DNA of 64,000 nucleotides from Leptonemataceae bacterium. GTDB lineage: Bacteria > Spirochaetota > Leptospiria > Leptospirales > Leptonemataceae. The notes below the pieces were generated by a model. That model worked only from the letters and a program-made list of their open reading frames with translations. It had not been told where the DNA came from and did not search any database. The translations under genes were made by a program, and so were the position numbers. Positions 1-9,900 of this stretch are shown piece by piece (position 1 is the first letter of the stretch; every line of letters begins with the position of its first letter). The DNA lies in contig OZ245742.1 in the NCBI GenBank assembly GCA_965227295.1, positions 2,496,001 through 2,560,000 on the forward strand, given 5' to 3'.

Positions 1-1
1 C

Positions 2-940
2 TCCTGCGCATTTAACGCCGTCGGCGACGTCGTTGCCGAAAGCAAGATCGATACCGAGGCCCGCGGCGGTTACGCCCACGTCCTGGATCGCATCCGGGGG
101 GAGATTGTTGCCGTTCGCAAAGAGTTAGTCGAGAAAGGTTACGAGTTGAAAGGTGTCGGTCTGTGCGTGCCCGGTGTGGTGGTGGCCGACCAGGGGCGGG
201 TGAAGATCGCGCCGAACCTGGAATGGGAGGACGAGCAGCCGGCCGAAGACCTTCGCAACGGGGACCTGGCGGGCCTGCCCATTGTTCTCGCCAACGATGT
301 GAACGCCGGGCTGATCGGCGAACTGTCGGCGCACGAACATCCGCCGGAGAACGTCGTCGCGTACTTTTGCGGGACGGGCATCGGCGGTGCCGTGGTATTG
401 AACGGAAAGCTGATTACCGGTCGCCTGGGCGGGGCCGGCGAGGTCGGCCACATGGTGGTTCGCCTGGGCGGTCGCAAGATCCAGGACGGGGGCATTCGCG
501 GTTCCCTGGAATCCTACATTGGAAAATGGGCGTTGAATCATAAGATCCGGCGTCGCCTGGACTCCGGCAAGAAGACCGCGTTGCGCAAGATCATCGACTA
601 CGACTTAAACAAGACCCCCGTCAAATCATCCTCGCTCAAAAAAGCCTACACCGCCGGCGATAAGTTCACCGTCGATCTTATGGAAGGTTACTATTGTAAG
701 TATCTCGGCGCCGGCATCGCCCAGACGACGAACCTGCTGGAGCCGGAGCTGATCGTTCTCGGCGGCGGCATCATGGAAGCCCTGGGCCTCAGCCTCATTC
801 CTCACATTATGAAATACCTGGATAAGTACTGCGTGGCCCACATCCCGGAACTGCGCCTGGCGCATATGGGCGACCTGGCCGGACCGGCCGGGGCCGCGCG
901 CCTTGCCCGGGAAGCTCAAGAGGCCGGCGCAGAGCGATAG
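2..940 (+). CDS. ROK family sugar kinase (glucokinase-like), 5'-truncated by window edge
   Basis: Frame open from position 2. Motifs GVGLCVPG, LANDVNAG, GTGIGGAVVLNG, GAGEVGHM, GSLESY, IVLGGG. Confidence 0.9.
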   Translation, partial: SCAFNAVGDVVAESKIDTEARGGYAHVLDRIRGEIVAVRKELVEKGYELKGVGLCVPGVVVADQGRVKIAPNLEWEDEQPAEDLRNGDLAGLPIVLANDVNAGLIGELSAHEHPPENVVAYFCGTGIGGAVVLNGKLITGRLGGAGEVGHMVVRLGGRKIQDGGIRGSLESYIGKWALNHKIRRRLDSGKKTALRKIIDYDLNKTPVKSSSLKKAYTAGDKFTVDLMEGYYCKYLGAGIAQTTNLLEPELIVLGGGIMEALGLSLIPHIMKYLDKYCVAHIPELRLAHMGDLAGPAGAARLAREAQEAGAER

Positions 941-959
941 TTTCGCTAAGTATAATTCA

Positions 960-1205
960 ATGTACGTTTACATCATCCTCTACGCACTCATCGGCCTGGC
1001 CTGCCTGGCCCTCTCCACGGGCCTCGTTTACCGGCGTTGGTGGGAGAGCGTGGACGAGTTCTCCCGGCCCAGCGTACGCATGGCGATGATTCTGCTCGCC
1101 GCGGGTTTCCTCGGTCTGGCCATGTACAACTGGTATCGTTACGAAGCTATCCAGGTCCAGCGCATGCAGTACCTCAACGAACAAAAAGAGCCGTCGCAAG
1201 AGTAA
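960..1205 (+). CDS. small membrane protein with two TM helices
   Basis: ATG at 960, two hydrophobic stretches, fills the gap between co-oriented genes. Confidence 0.7.
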   Translation: MYVYIILYALIGLACLALSTGLVYRRWWESVDEFSRPSVRMAMILLAAGFLGLAMYNWYRYEAIQVQRMQYLNEQKEPSQE

Positions 1206-1250
1206 CCGGGGCGGATCTTAAGTTTCTGTGAGTATTGCCGTTACACAGGT

Positions 1251-3422
1251 ATGCTCGCGTTTCGCATTGTGTTCGTAATCGCCGCCTGTCTACCGTCGGC
1301 TCTCGCCGCGCAAGCATACCTCGACGCCCGCCTGGGCAACGCGGCGCTGAACGGCCAGCTCGATCGCCTGGATCGACTCATCAAAGCCGGCGCAAACGTG
1401 AACGCTAAGATCCCGGCGCGTTTTCATACCGGCGAAACCCCGTTGCATCTCGCCGTGCGGACGAATCAGCGGCAGGTCGTCGCGCGCTTGATGGCCGCCG
1501 GTGCGAACGTGGACGCCCGCGACGATCGCGGCGAGACGCCGCTCATAACCGCGGTGTACTTCGAACACACGGAACTGGCGCGCGAACTGCTGCGCGAGCA
1601 CGGCGCCGATCCGAACGTTGCCATGCTGAACGGGCTCCGCCCGCTGCACGTCGCCGCCGACCGCGGCTTGAATGAACTCGCGCGACTGTTGCTGGAGCAC
1701 GATGCGGCCGTCGATGCGCGGACGGGGAGCGGCATTACGCCGTTGATGGTGGCGGCGAAACGGCATGCGGCCATCGTCCGATTGTTGCTCGATGCCGGCG
1801 CGAATCCGCGGGCGACCACGAAGCAGGGGACGACGCCGTTGATGTACGCGGCGCACGCGGCCGCGACGAACATCGTGCGGATGTTGCTCGCCGCCGGGGC
1901 GGACGTGCAAACGAAACGCGGTGACGGCAGCGACGCATTCGATTTTGTGTTATCGCCGCACTATATCTCTTTTGATTTGCCCGGCAGCATCGAACTCTTC
2001 GCGCAGCGCGGCGTGGATGTGTGTCGTCGCGGCGGCAAAGAACAAACTCCGTCGATCATGTACCGGGGATTGCGCCGGGACATCGCGGCTCTGGAAACGA
2101 TCTTGCGGCACGGCTGCGACCCGCGCGCCGTGGATGCGAACGGCCGGTCGATTTATGATCTGCATCTGACGAACGAGGAGCAAACGCTCATCGATGCGCA
2201 TACCTCCTCATCGGAGGAAGAGCCGCAGGAAGAAGAGATACGAATCGAAGAACTGCGGCGGGAAGATCGGCCTGAAGAGCGCCGCACCTTTGCGGAACAG
2301 GCCCGGGAAACCGCATGCACGCCGGCGTTGTACGAGTACCTGAACAACGGCGGCGATCCCAATGCCGGCCCGGACTACTCTCCACCATTGATCCAATACG
2401 TCTTGCAGTGTTCCGATGCACTGCAACGCGTGCGTACCCTGGTGAATGCCGGCGCGCGTTCGCGCTGGAACAGCACGTCTCTGTTCGAAGCCGCCATCAG
2501 CAACGATGTGCTCGATGATGAAATGTTTGCGCTGCTTCGCAAGGCCGGCGCCGTTCCGCACGAGGCCGACGGAACCAACGCGCTGTGTTTCGCCGTTCGC
2601 ACCGGACGATTGCGCGCGCTGCGGACCCTGCTGCGTCATGCCGCGCCGGCGCGTTGTCATGATTTCGCGTTTACGTTGATTCCCGCCGATCTTTATGCGC
2701 GCCGGAACGCACCGAAAGAACAGCTTGCGGCAATCATCGCCGCGTTGCCGGTTTCGACGGAAGCTCGCCTGGAAGATGCGCTTGTCGCCGGTAAAAGCGA
2801 AGCCGCGGCCAGCATTCTACGCGAGCATCCCGCTCTGAATACGAGCGTCGTCACGGTGCAGCTCGCCCTGAGAAACGGCGACGAAGCCCTGGCCGATCTC
2901 TGCCTCGATCGCCTGGTCGGTGTGACGCATCCGACGCTGGCGGCTTTCTTCAAGGCTCAGGCTCAGGCTCTGGTCGATGTCCCGGACGACGGCGCGTTCG
3001 TGCAGTACCTGTTTCGCCACGGAGTGGATGTCCGCGCTGTCGATTACCCCGGTCGGCAATCGCATCTCATTACGACTGCCGGAAACCGGCCGCGTATGAC
3101 CGCGGCGTTGTTGCATCTACCCGTGGACTGGTCGCCGCAAGATCTGGATGGTGCCCTGTTCGAGGCTGTCTATGGTGATCAGTACGAGACCGCGGTGTTG
3201 CTGGTGGAGGCCGGGGCGAACGTTCGTCGAGAGAACAGCGGAACTTTGTTGCGGCTGGCCCGTAAGAATCCTCGCATGCATCGTTTCTTGCGCGCCCAGG
3301 GATTGTACGTTCGGTCCGGTGATGAAGCCCTGGAAGTGCCGCTGGAGGTTGAGCCCCCCGGCGGCAGGCGCGTGGAGGAAATCCAGAAAAGGCTGGAACC
3401 GCTGAACCCCGCGAAGCCCTGA
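1251..3422 (+). CDS. secreted ankyrin-repeat protein
   Basis: Signal peptide. Repeated GETPLHLA/GETPLITA/GLRPLHVA/GITPLMVA/GTTPLMYA and GADVN-type ankyrin motifs. Confidence 0.92.
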   Translation: MLAFRIVFVIAACLPSALAAQAYLDARLGNAALNGQLDRLDRLIKAGANVNAKIPARFHTGETPLHLAVRTNQRQVVARLMAAGANVDARDDRGETPLITAVYFEHTELARELLREHGADPNVAMLNGLRPLHVAADRGLNELARLLLEHDAAVDARTGSGITPLMVAAKRHAAIVRLLLDAGANPRATTKQGTTPLMYAAHAAATNIVRMLLAAGADVQTKRGDGSDAFDFVLSPHYISFDLPGSIELFAQRGVDVCRRGGKEQTPSIMYRGLRRDIAALETILRHGCDPRAVDANGRSIYDLHLTNEEQTLIDAHTSSSEEEPQEEEIRIEELRREDRPEERRTFAEQARETACTPALYEYLNNGGDPNAGPDYSPPLIQYVLQCSDALQRVRTLVNAGARSRWNSTSLFEAAISNDVLDDEMFALLRKAGAVPHEADGTNALCFAVRTGRLRALRTLLRHAAPARCHDFAFTLIPADLYARRNAPKEQLAAIIAALPVSTEARLEDALVAGKSEAAASILREHPALNTSVVTVQLALRNGDEALADLCLDRLVGVTHPTLAAFFKAQAQALVDVPDDGAFVQYLFRHGVDVRAVDYPGRQSHLITTAGNRPRMTAALLHLPVDWSPQDLDGALFEAVYGDQYETAVLLVEAGANVRRENSGTLLRLARKNPRMHRFLRAQGLYVRSGDEALEVPLEVEPPGGRRVEEIQKRLEPLNPAKP

Positions 3423-3467
3423 AATCCAATGCAGAATCCCCGCCGGGGCGCCGATAATGAAGAGACT

Positions 3468-5180
3468 ATGTCTCCGCGCTCCGCCAGGTTACTGCGTACG
3501 GCCCTTGCCGCCGTCCTCGGCGTGGTAGTGCTCTGTTGCCCGGCCGTGGATGCGAGCGCCGAACCCGGCACCCGGGGGCGGCCCATCGTAGAGTTTCGTT
3601 CAGTAGAACTTAGCGAGTATCCCCTGGTGCGCGTGCGGTTCCAGGCGGCGTCGCCGTATCCGCACTTCGTCGAGCAGGACGAGCAACCGCACTTTCATCT
3701 CGTCGAAGTCATGGACGATCACGAGTGGGTGACGACGCCGGAGAAACTCACGGTCCTGAAAGATACCGCCGATCGTCTGAACCTCGTCATGATCCTGGAC
3801 TCCACGAAGTCCATGTCCCCCGCGGCCTTTAAGAGCGCCGTATCCTCGGCGAAGCGTCTGGTGGCCGGTCTGGGAGCGAAAGATCGGGCGGCGCTGTACA
3901 CCCTGGAAAAAAAAGGCGATCCCGGATTGCTTACGGGATTCACCGGCAGCCAGGAAAAGCTCGCGTCGTTATTGAAGAAAGTCCGCCGCGAGGGGCGCGT
4001 CACGCGCTTGTATGATACTTTATACAGCGGCATCTACACGGCCCAGGGCGCCCTCGGCAGCGCCGAAGCCTCGGAAGAACCCGGGGAATCGCGGACGCTG
4101 GTCCTGTTGCTCACCGACGGCCGGGAAGAGGACTCGTTCTTAACCGACGACGATTGTTTCGAACTGAGTGAACTCGGCCGACGTTTCAGCATTCCGGTGT
4201 ACGTCGCGCTCTACGGCAAAACGAAACAGTCCGGCGAAAGCAGCGCCATGCGTCTGCTCAAACGGCTCACGCTAAAGACCGGCGGGCGTTTGTTAAGCAG
4301 CGCGCGCCCGGACCAGGTGGCCGATCTGCTCGCGGAGTTTCGGCGTCTGCCGCGCCCGTTCTACGAAATGAGCTATCGCAGCCCGGCCGCGCCGGATGTC
4401 TGGCCGGGCTCCCTCGTAAGCCAGCGCCTGGTCATGCAATCCAACGGCGCCGAATATGCCGATCGCCGGGACTACCGGGTCCCGTTCTTAACCTTCCTCG
4501 CGGCAAAATTAGCAAACCCGCTCTGGTTGCTCGCCGCCGTGGTGCTGATGATTTTGATCGTCCTGTTGCTGTTCTTGCTCGCGTATTTGCGTTCGCGGCG
4601 CAAGCGCGAAGACGAACAGCGCTCCCTGGCCACGATCCCGCCGGTGCCGCCCGTGGTGGCCGTCGCCGAAGGCGAGGACGGTGCCGAGATCGCCGGTTAC
4701 GAGGATGATCTGCCGGATATTGCGCCGTACGTCATCAGCGATGATGACGTGATGCCCGGGGAAGTTCGGCGTCCCGTGGCCGCGGCCCAGGCCGGCGTGT
4801 TGATGGACGGCGAACGTACGCTCTACATGCGCGAGTATACCTATCGCGTGACGCAGATGGCCCTGCGCCAGGCGCGGGCGTATCGCCGTGCGTCGTTGAT
4901 CCTGGACAGTCGCCAGCGCGCGTCCCGGGAGTACGACCTCTTTCTGGATAACACGGTCATCGGCAGCGGGCGCTGGGCGAATATTCCGGTGCGCGACGAA
5001 GCGGTGTCTCCCGTACACGCGAAGATTAAAAAGATCGACAACCGCTTCGTGGTCTACGATCTTCTCAGTGCGTCCGGGGTGTATCTGAACGGTCGTCGTT
5101 TGCTCCGGCCCCGCGGCCTGAACGACGGCGACGAACTGCGGATCGGACGCACGCGATTCATTTTTCGCGGCCTGCCGTGA
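3468..5180 (+). CDS. VWA domain + TM helix + C-terminal FHA domain protein
   Basis: ILDSTKSM (MIDAS-like), TRLYD, LLTDGRE; hydrophobic TM segment; FHA motifs IGSG..VSPVHA..DLLSASGVYLNG. Alternative start at 3429. Confidence 0.85.
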   Translation: MSPRSARLLRTALAAVLGVVVLCCPAVDASAEPGTRGRPIVEFRSVELSEYPLVRVRFQAASPYPHFVEQDEQPHFHLVEVMDDHEWVTTPEKLTVLKDTADRLNLVMILDSTKSMSPAAFKSAVSSAKRLVAGLGAKDRAALYTLEKKGDPGLLTGFTGSQEKLASLLKKVRREGRVTRLYDTLYSGIYTAQGALGSAEASEEPGESRTLVLLLTDGREEDSFLTDDDCFELSELGRRFSIPVYVALYGKTKQSGESSAMRLLKRLTLKTGGRLLSSARPDQVADLLAEFRRLPRPFYEMSYRSPAAPDVWPGSLVSQRLVMQSNGAEYADRRDYRVPFLTFLAAKLANPLWLLAAVVLMILIVLLLFLLAYLRSRRKREDEQRSLATIPPVPPVVAVAEGEDGAEIAGYEDDLPDIAPYVISDDDVMPGEVRRPVAAAQAGVLMDGERTLYMREYTYRVTQMALRQARAYRRASLILDSRQRASREYDLFLDNTVIGSGRWANIPVRDEAVSPVHAKIKKIDNRFVVYDLLSASGVYLNGRRLLRPRGLNDGDELRIGRTRFIFRGLP

Positions 5181-5914
5181 CCATGTCGAAGCCGGATCTC
5201 ACGCTAACCCTTTCGAAAATCATCTTAGTCATCTCCGGGCCGCTGTGCGGTGCGGCCTGTTCTTCGACGCCGGCCTGGATTCACGCGTTACCGGAGGGCG
5301 CGCCGTCCGCGAGCCTCGCCGTGCTGTCGGGCATCTGGGAGCGGCCGGTGAAGTCCCGCTACGGCGTGGGCAACGACGAGGCGCATTCCGTGGGCCGGGA
5401 GACGCTCGCGATCGACGCGAACACCGGCGGCATTTCCGGCCGCGGGCGCTACGAAAAACTGCACGTGTATCGGGAGCTCGTCGGCGGCATGCGGCGCACG
5501 CGTTTTTACCGGGAGACGGGCAGCCTGGAACGGCGCGGCGTGTGGGTGCTCACAAAACCGGAGGCGGCCTGGTTTTTCGAGGAGGAGACCGAGTCCGCGA
5601 TGCCGGCGTTAAACATCCAGATACCGAATGTTAGAAATCTTGCCGCGCAGGCCGAGGAGGCTTTCGCGCCCGGGGCGTTGCTCTTTCACTACGAGGCCCC
5701 ACGCGAGGATCCCGCTCCACACTACGAGAATCTGGAGCCGCTCCCCGCACGGCTTACGCCGCTCACGTACGATCACTTCGGCGTGTTGTACGAGCAGGGT
5801 TTGTATGAGGGCGCCGAGGATGCGTACGACGGGGCGTCCGAGAACTTTCGCAACGCGCTGATCGTGTGGAACGAGAAGCGGTTTCATTCGCATGGGTACT
5901 TGAAGAAGGATTGA
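5177..5914 (+). CDS. hypothetical protein, possible lipoprotein
   Basis: Overlaps the upstream stop (GTGA). N-terminal hydrophobic stretch ending in AAC. Confidence 0.65.
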   Translation: MTMSKPDLTLTLSKIILVISGPLCGAACSSTPAWIHALPEGAPSASLAVLSGIWERPVKSRYGVGNDEAHSVGRETLAIDANTGGISGRGRYEKLHVYRELVGGMRRTRFYRETGSLERRGVWVLTKPEAAWFFEEETESAMPALNIQIPNVRNLAAQAEEAFAPGALLFHYEAPREDPAPHYENLEPLPARLTPLTYDHFGVLYEQGLYEGAEDAYDGASENFRNALIVWNEKRFHSHGYLKKD

Positions 5915-5995
5915 CTCCGAGGACCGAGGTAGCGAGGTTTTTGGGAGTGCGAACCTGCCGGGATGGTTGGTTTGCGTATGAGTAACTCTGCTCTT

Positions 5996-6125
5996 GCGTG
6001 AGGGATGCGCAGGGTTGCGCGCAGCGCAATTCCGTAGTGAGCGAAGCGAACGCAGGAACGAGCGCGAATGCGCGAGCCCGGAGCAGCCCGACCCACCGCG
6101 CGAAGCGCGGAGGGGCACGCCCAAA
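5996..6125. repeat. structured intergenic repeat (REP/MITE-like), family 1, copy A
   Basis: Multi-hairpin element (GCGAAGC mini-hairpins, ending GGGGCACGCCCAAA). Colinear similarity to the reverse complement of 41959-42078. Confidence 0.7.
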
Positions 6126-6136
6126 GAAAGCGTACC

Positions 6137-7234
6137 TTATTTTCTTCTTCGGCTTCTGCGCGGCTTCGATTCGCTGTCTCGCCAGTTCATCATCCAATCC
6201 AGCACGCGGTAATCCATCCATCTACGATCCGGGAAGAACGGGTGCTTCTTTGCGATCCAGCCGACGTGGCCGCCGTGGCGCGTCTCGTGGGCCGTGATGT
6301 GCGGTAAGGAATCCCACGGCGTTTCGTCCCAGCCCGCGGGATGGATGAGCGGATCGTCCCGGGCGTGCAGGACCAAACCGGGCACGTCGATGTTCGCGAT
6401 GTAGTGCCGCGCACTGGCGTGCATGTAGTATTCGATGGCGCCGCGGTAACCCCCGGCCGGCGCGACGAAGCGATGATCGAAGTCGAAGAACGATTCGATC
6501 TCGGCCAGCTCGCGTTCTAACGGCAGTTCCGAGGTGTGCGGAAATTTTCCCAGGCGCGCACGATTTTTGATGTCCGTTAAGAAGCTGCGGCGATACAGGC
6601 GGCACTGCGGCGCGTCGAGCAGCTCACACGAGCGATACAAATCCAGCGGCGGGCTGATGGCCACGAAGGCGTCGGCCGGCGGCCGCGCGCGTCGGCGTTT
6701 GCGCGAGCCGCCCCAGAGCAAACGCTGGCGATTGCGTTCTTCATCGTCCTCGCCGAGCAGTTTCAACGTAAGGTTCGCGCCGAGGGATATGCCCATCATC
6801 ACCACGCGTTCGGCGACGTGTTTGCGCGCGTAATCGCAGACGGTTTCCAGATCGATGGTGAGCCCGGCGTTGTAGGCGTGACCGGCCAGGTGCAGACCGC
6901 GGCCGCACGTGCGCAGGTTCATGCGGACCACGTGAAAGCCGGCGTTCAGTAACTTGCGCGAGAGCTGCATGTTGTAGGTGGAATCGGCGTCGCCCTCCAG
7001 GCCGTGGACGAGTACGCAGACCGGCGCGTCGTGATGGGCGCGATCGGTGAAGCGATGGATGGAGACGAGCAGGCGATCGCCGGTGCCGTCCTGGGTCGGC
7101 AGAATCGCCGTTTCGTGCAGCAGGCCCACGTGCCGGATACGCCGGCCCGGCAGGCGCGGCAGAAAGTACCCGGCCAGGGTCTGGGCGTGGTTGTTGCGCA
7201 GAAAAGGAGCCGGCTGGAACGGGATCAGGGACAT
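6137..7234 (-). CDS. YheT-family alpha/beta hydrolase
   Basis: HAQTL, VHGLEG, RMNLRTCG, GISLGAN, HARDDPLI, GGHVGW motifs. Confidence 0.9.
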   Translation of the reverse strand: MSLIPFQPAPFLRNNHAQTLAGYFLPRLPGRRIRHVGLLHETAILPTQDGTGDRLLVSIHRFTDRAHHDAPVCVLVHGLEGDADSTYNMQLSRKLLNAGFHVVRMNLRTCGRGLHLAGHAYNAGLTIDLETVCDYARKHVAERVVMMGISLGANLTLKLLGEDDEERNRQRLLWGGSRKRRRARPPADAFVAISPPLDLYRSCELLDAPQCRLYRRSFLTDIKNRARLGKFPHTSELPLERELAEIESFFDFDHRFVAPAGGYRGAIEYYMHASARHYIANIDVPGLVLHARDDPLIHPAGWDETPWDSLPHITAHETRHGGHVGWIAKKHPFFPDRRWMDYRVLDWMMNWRDSESKPRRSRRRK

Positions 7235-7327
7235 CGTGACTTGTAGGAACTCTTACGTGCAGAACGTCCGGCCGTGCGACAAGTAGAAATCGGCTGACAG
7301 CGCATCCGCGACGGCCAGTGTGGATGT

Positions 7328-8131
7328 GTGGAAGATCCGCTGATCATTGCCGGGCGCGCGTTTCGCTCGCGGCTCTTCGTCGGCACGGGTAAGTTCTCGT
7401 CGTCGGCAAAGATGCGCGCCGCGGTGGACGCGTCGGAGTCGGAGATGGTGACCGTGGCGCTGCGACGCATCGAACTCAAGGGCGATGTCAAAGACCAGGA
7501 CATGATCGCCGCCCTGGATCTTTCAAAGATCCAGCTCCTGCCCAACACCAGCGGCGCCCGGGACGCCGCCGAGGCCGTGCGCCTGGCAAAGTTGGCCCGG
7601 GAACTGGGCGGTGGGAACTGGGTCAAACTCGAGGTGACACCGGATCCGCGTTATCTTTTGCCCGATCCGGTGGAGACCCTGCGCGCCGCCGAAGAACTTG
7701 TGAACAACGGCTTCATCGTCCTCCCATACATGCACGCCGATCCCGTGCTCGCTCTGCGTTTGCAAGATGCCGGCTGTGCCACCGTGATGCCGCTCGGTTC
7801 GCCCATCGGTTCGAACCAGGGCATTCGTACGGCGGAGAGCATTCGGATCATCATTGAACAGGCGCGCGTGCCGGTGGTGGTGGATGCGGGCCTCGGTGCT
7901 CCTTCCCACGCGGCCGAGGCCATGGAGATGGGGGCGGATGCGGTGCTCGTAAACACCGCCCTGGCGATCGCCCGCGATCCTGCCCGCACGGCGCGGGCTT
8001 TCGCGCTCGCAGTCATTGCCGGGCGCGAGGCGTTTTTATACGGAGTCGACGGGGCCGGAGATCCGGGGCAGTGGAACCAGGCGCGGGCGTCCAGTCCGTT
8101 GACGGGGTTTCTGGATGAGGAGTCGCGGTAG
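7328..8131 (+). CDS. thiG: thiazole synthase
   Basis: [54 protein letters not shown]. Confidence 0.97.
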   Translation: MEDPLIIAGRAFRSRLFVGTGKFSSSAKMRAAVDASESEMVTVALRRIELKGDVKDQDMIAALDLSKIQLLPNTSGARDAAEAVRLAKLARELGGGNWVKLEVTPDPRYLLPDPVETLRAAEELVNNGFIVLPYMHADPVLALRLQDAGCATVMPLGSPIGSNQGIRTAESIRIIIEQARVPVVVDAGLGAPSHAAEAMEMGADAVLVNTALAIARDPARTARAFALAVIAGREAFLYGVDGAGDPGQWNQARASSPLTGFLDEESR

Positions 8132-8153
8132 GGCATCCTTTCGGAATTGTAAG

Positions 8154-9221
8154 ATGATTAAAAAAGTATTCGCGCTAACTTTTGCCGGCATTGCCTTTGT
8201 CGGAGCCACCTTCGTACTGTATGCGAACCGTGAGTTCACCGCGCCCATTCGCGGCGAACATGCCATCGCCCGGATGGACAGAGTGGAACTGGGCGGCCTG
8301 GAGCAGTTCGTGTTGATTCGCGGCGTGGACGTGCGCAATCCGTTGCTCCTGATCGTGCACGGCGGACCCGGCGCGGCCGAGACGCCGCTGGTGCGCGAGC
8401 ACCTGGCTTCTCTTGAGAAACACTTTACGGTCGTCAACTGGGATCAGCGCGGGGCGGGCAAATCCTACTCGCCGGACATCGATCCGAAAACCATGAACCG
8501 CGAGCAATTCGTCGCCGATGCGATCGAGTTGATTGAGCATCTTACGAAGCGCTTCGAGCGCGAGCGAGTGTATTTACTCGGCCACTCCTGGGGTTCGTTG
8601 ATCGGCGTGAGCGTGGCGCAAAAACGGCCGGACCTCCTGCACGCTTACATCGGCACGGGGCAGATCGCGCGCATGTCGGAAACGGAGCCGATGTCGTACC
8701 ACTGGACCCTGGCGCAGGCCCGGGAGCGGGGTGACGCGAGCGCCGTGGCCGAACTGGAAGCGATCGGCCCGCCGCCGTACGGCGACGAACCCGAGGACAT
8801 TCAGAAGCTTTTGACGCAGCGGCAGTATCTCTTCGGTTACGGCGGCAGCGTGCACGGTGTTACCAGCGTAACGGCGATCCTGCTGCCGCTCTTTTGGAAC
8901 GACGAGTACAATCTGGGCGAAAAACTCGCTTACGTCGATGCCATGATGTTTTCGACGCCGCTGCTCTGGCCGGAACTCCGCGACGCGGATTTGTTTCGTG
9001 AAGTTCCGGCGCTGGACGTGCCGGTGTACCTGGCCCAGGGTCGTCACGATCGTGTCGCCGATTCCGGCGTGGCGAAGCGCTGGTTCGATGCGTTGCGGGC
9101 GCCGCGCAAGGACTTTCAGTGGTTCGAACACTCGGCGCATTCCCCGGCTTTCGAGGAGCCCGAGGCGTTCACGCAGTGGATGGAGTCCTTAATTCAGGAC
9201 GGCCGTCACTTACGCGAATGA
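8154..9221 (+). CDS. alpha/beta hydrolase (proline iminopeptidase-like)
   Basis: HGGPG, WDQRGAGKS, GHSWG, SAHSP motifs. N-terminal membrane anchor. Confidence 0.9.
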   Translation: MIKKVFALTFAGIAFVGATFVLYANREFTAPIRGEHAIARMDRVELGGLEQFVLIRGVDVRNPLLLIVHGGPGAAETPLVREHLASLEKHFTVVNWDQRGAGKSYSPDIDPKTMNREQFVADAIELIEHLTKRFERERVYLLGHSWGSLIGVSVAQKRPDLLHAYIGTGQIARMSETEPMSYHWTLAQARERGDASAVAELEAIGPPPYGDEPEDIQKLLTQRQYLFGYGGSVHGVTSVTAILLPLFWNDEYNLGEKLAYVDAMMFSTPLLWPELRDADLFREVPALDVPVYLAQGRHDRVADSGVAKRWFDALRAPRKDFQWFEHSAHSPAFEEPEAFTQWMESLIQDGRHLRE

Positions 9222-9261
9222 ATCTTGCTTTACAATCAGAAGCTGCGGTCGATCTTACAGC

Positions 9262-9861
9262 ATGCACCGTCCTGGTTTCATTGTAACACTGATTTTCATC
9301 GCGTGCGCCGTTCTGTTTTCACATTGCGGCGATGCCTCGCAAGAATCGGAACCGGAAATGGAAGGGCAAAGCGGCGACACCGTCGAAGCCGGCGCGTGCA
9401 ACGTCAACGCTTACGTCATCGATCCGGACCCGGCCGGTTTGAACGTACGTACGAAGCCGGAGAACGGGGACGTATTCCTGCAACTTCCGCCGGAGAGTCT
9501 GCTCACGGTGGTGGACGCGGAAGAAGGCTGGTTGCGCCTGGCCCGGGCGGAAAGCATCGAAGGCGATGTGCTTTACGATCAAACGAAAGATAAACGCCCG
9601 GCCTGGGCTTTTGCGAAGTTGATCGGAACCAGCACTCGTACGGAAATCAGCACCGAGTCGTTCGCCGGCGCGAAGATCTACGCCGAACCGAACATCAACG
9701 CAAAGATCCTGAGTCGCGCCCTTTCTGAAACCGGCGGTGAGTTGTTGGATTGCAGCGGCTCGTGGGTCAAAGTCCGCATCGGCGACGAACACGAGGACAC
9801 TGTCGAAGGCTGGCTGGCCCCGGACGGCCAGTGCCCCAATCCGGTGACGACCTGCCCGTAA
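9262..9861 (+). CDS. SH3-like domain lipoprotein
   Basis: Signal peptide with Cys; DPDPAGLNVR..GWL and WVKV..GWL SH3b-like segments; C-terminal CPNPVTTCP. Confidence 0.75.
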   Translation: MHRPGFIVTLIFIACAVLFSHCGDASQESEPEMEGQSGDTVEAGACNVNAYVIDPDPAGLNVRTKPENGDVFLQLPPESLLTVVDAEEGWLRLARAESIEGDVLYDQTKDKRPAWAFAKLIGTSTRTEISTESFAGAKIYAEPNINAKILSRALSETGGELLDCSGSWVKVRIGDEHEDTVEGWLAPDGQCPNPVTTCP

Positions 9862-9900
9862 GCGCGTGCCGCCGCGGGGCGGCGTGCCTTCTTTGTAACT

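Noticed and set aside
7235..7327. TPP riboswitch upstream of thiG
   Set aside because: The spacer is short and has no recognisable CTGAGA-type core.
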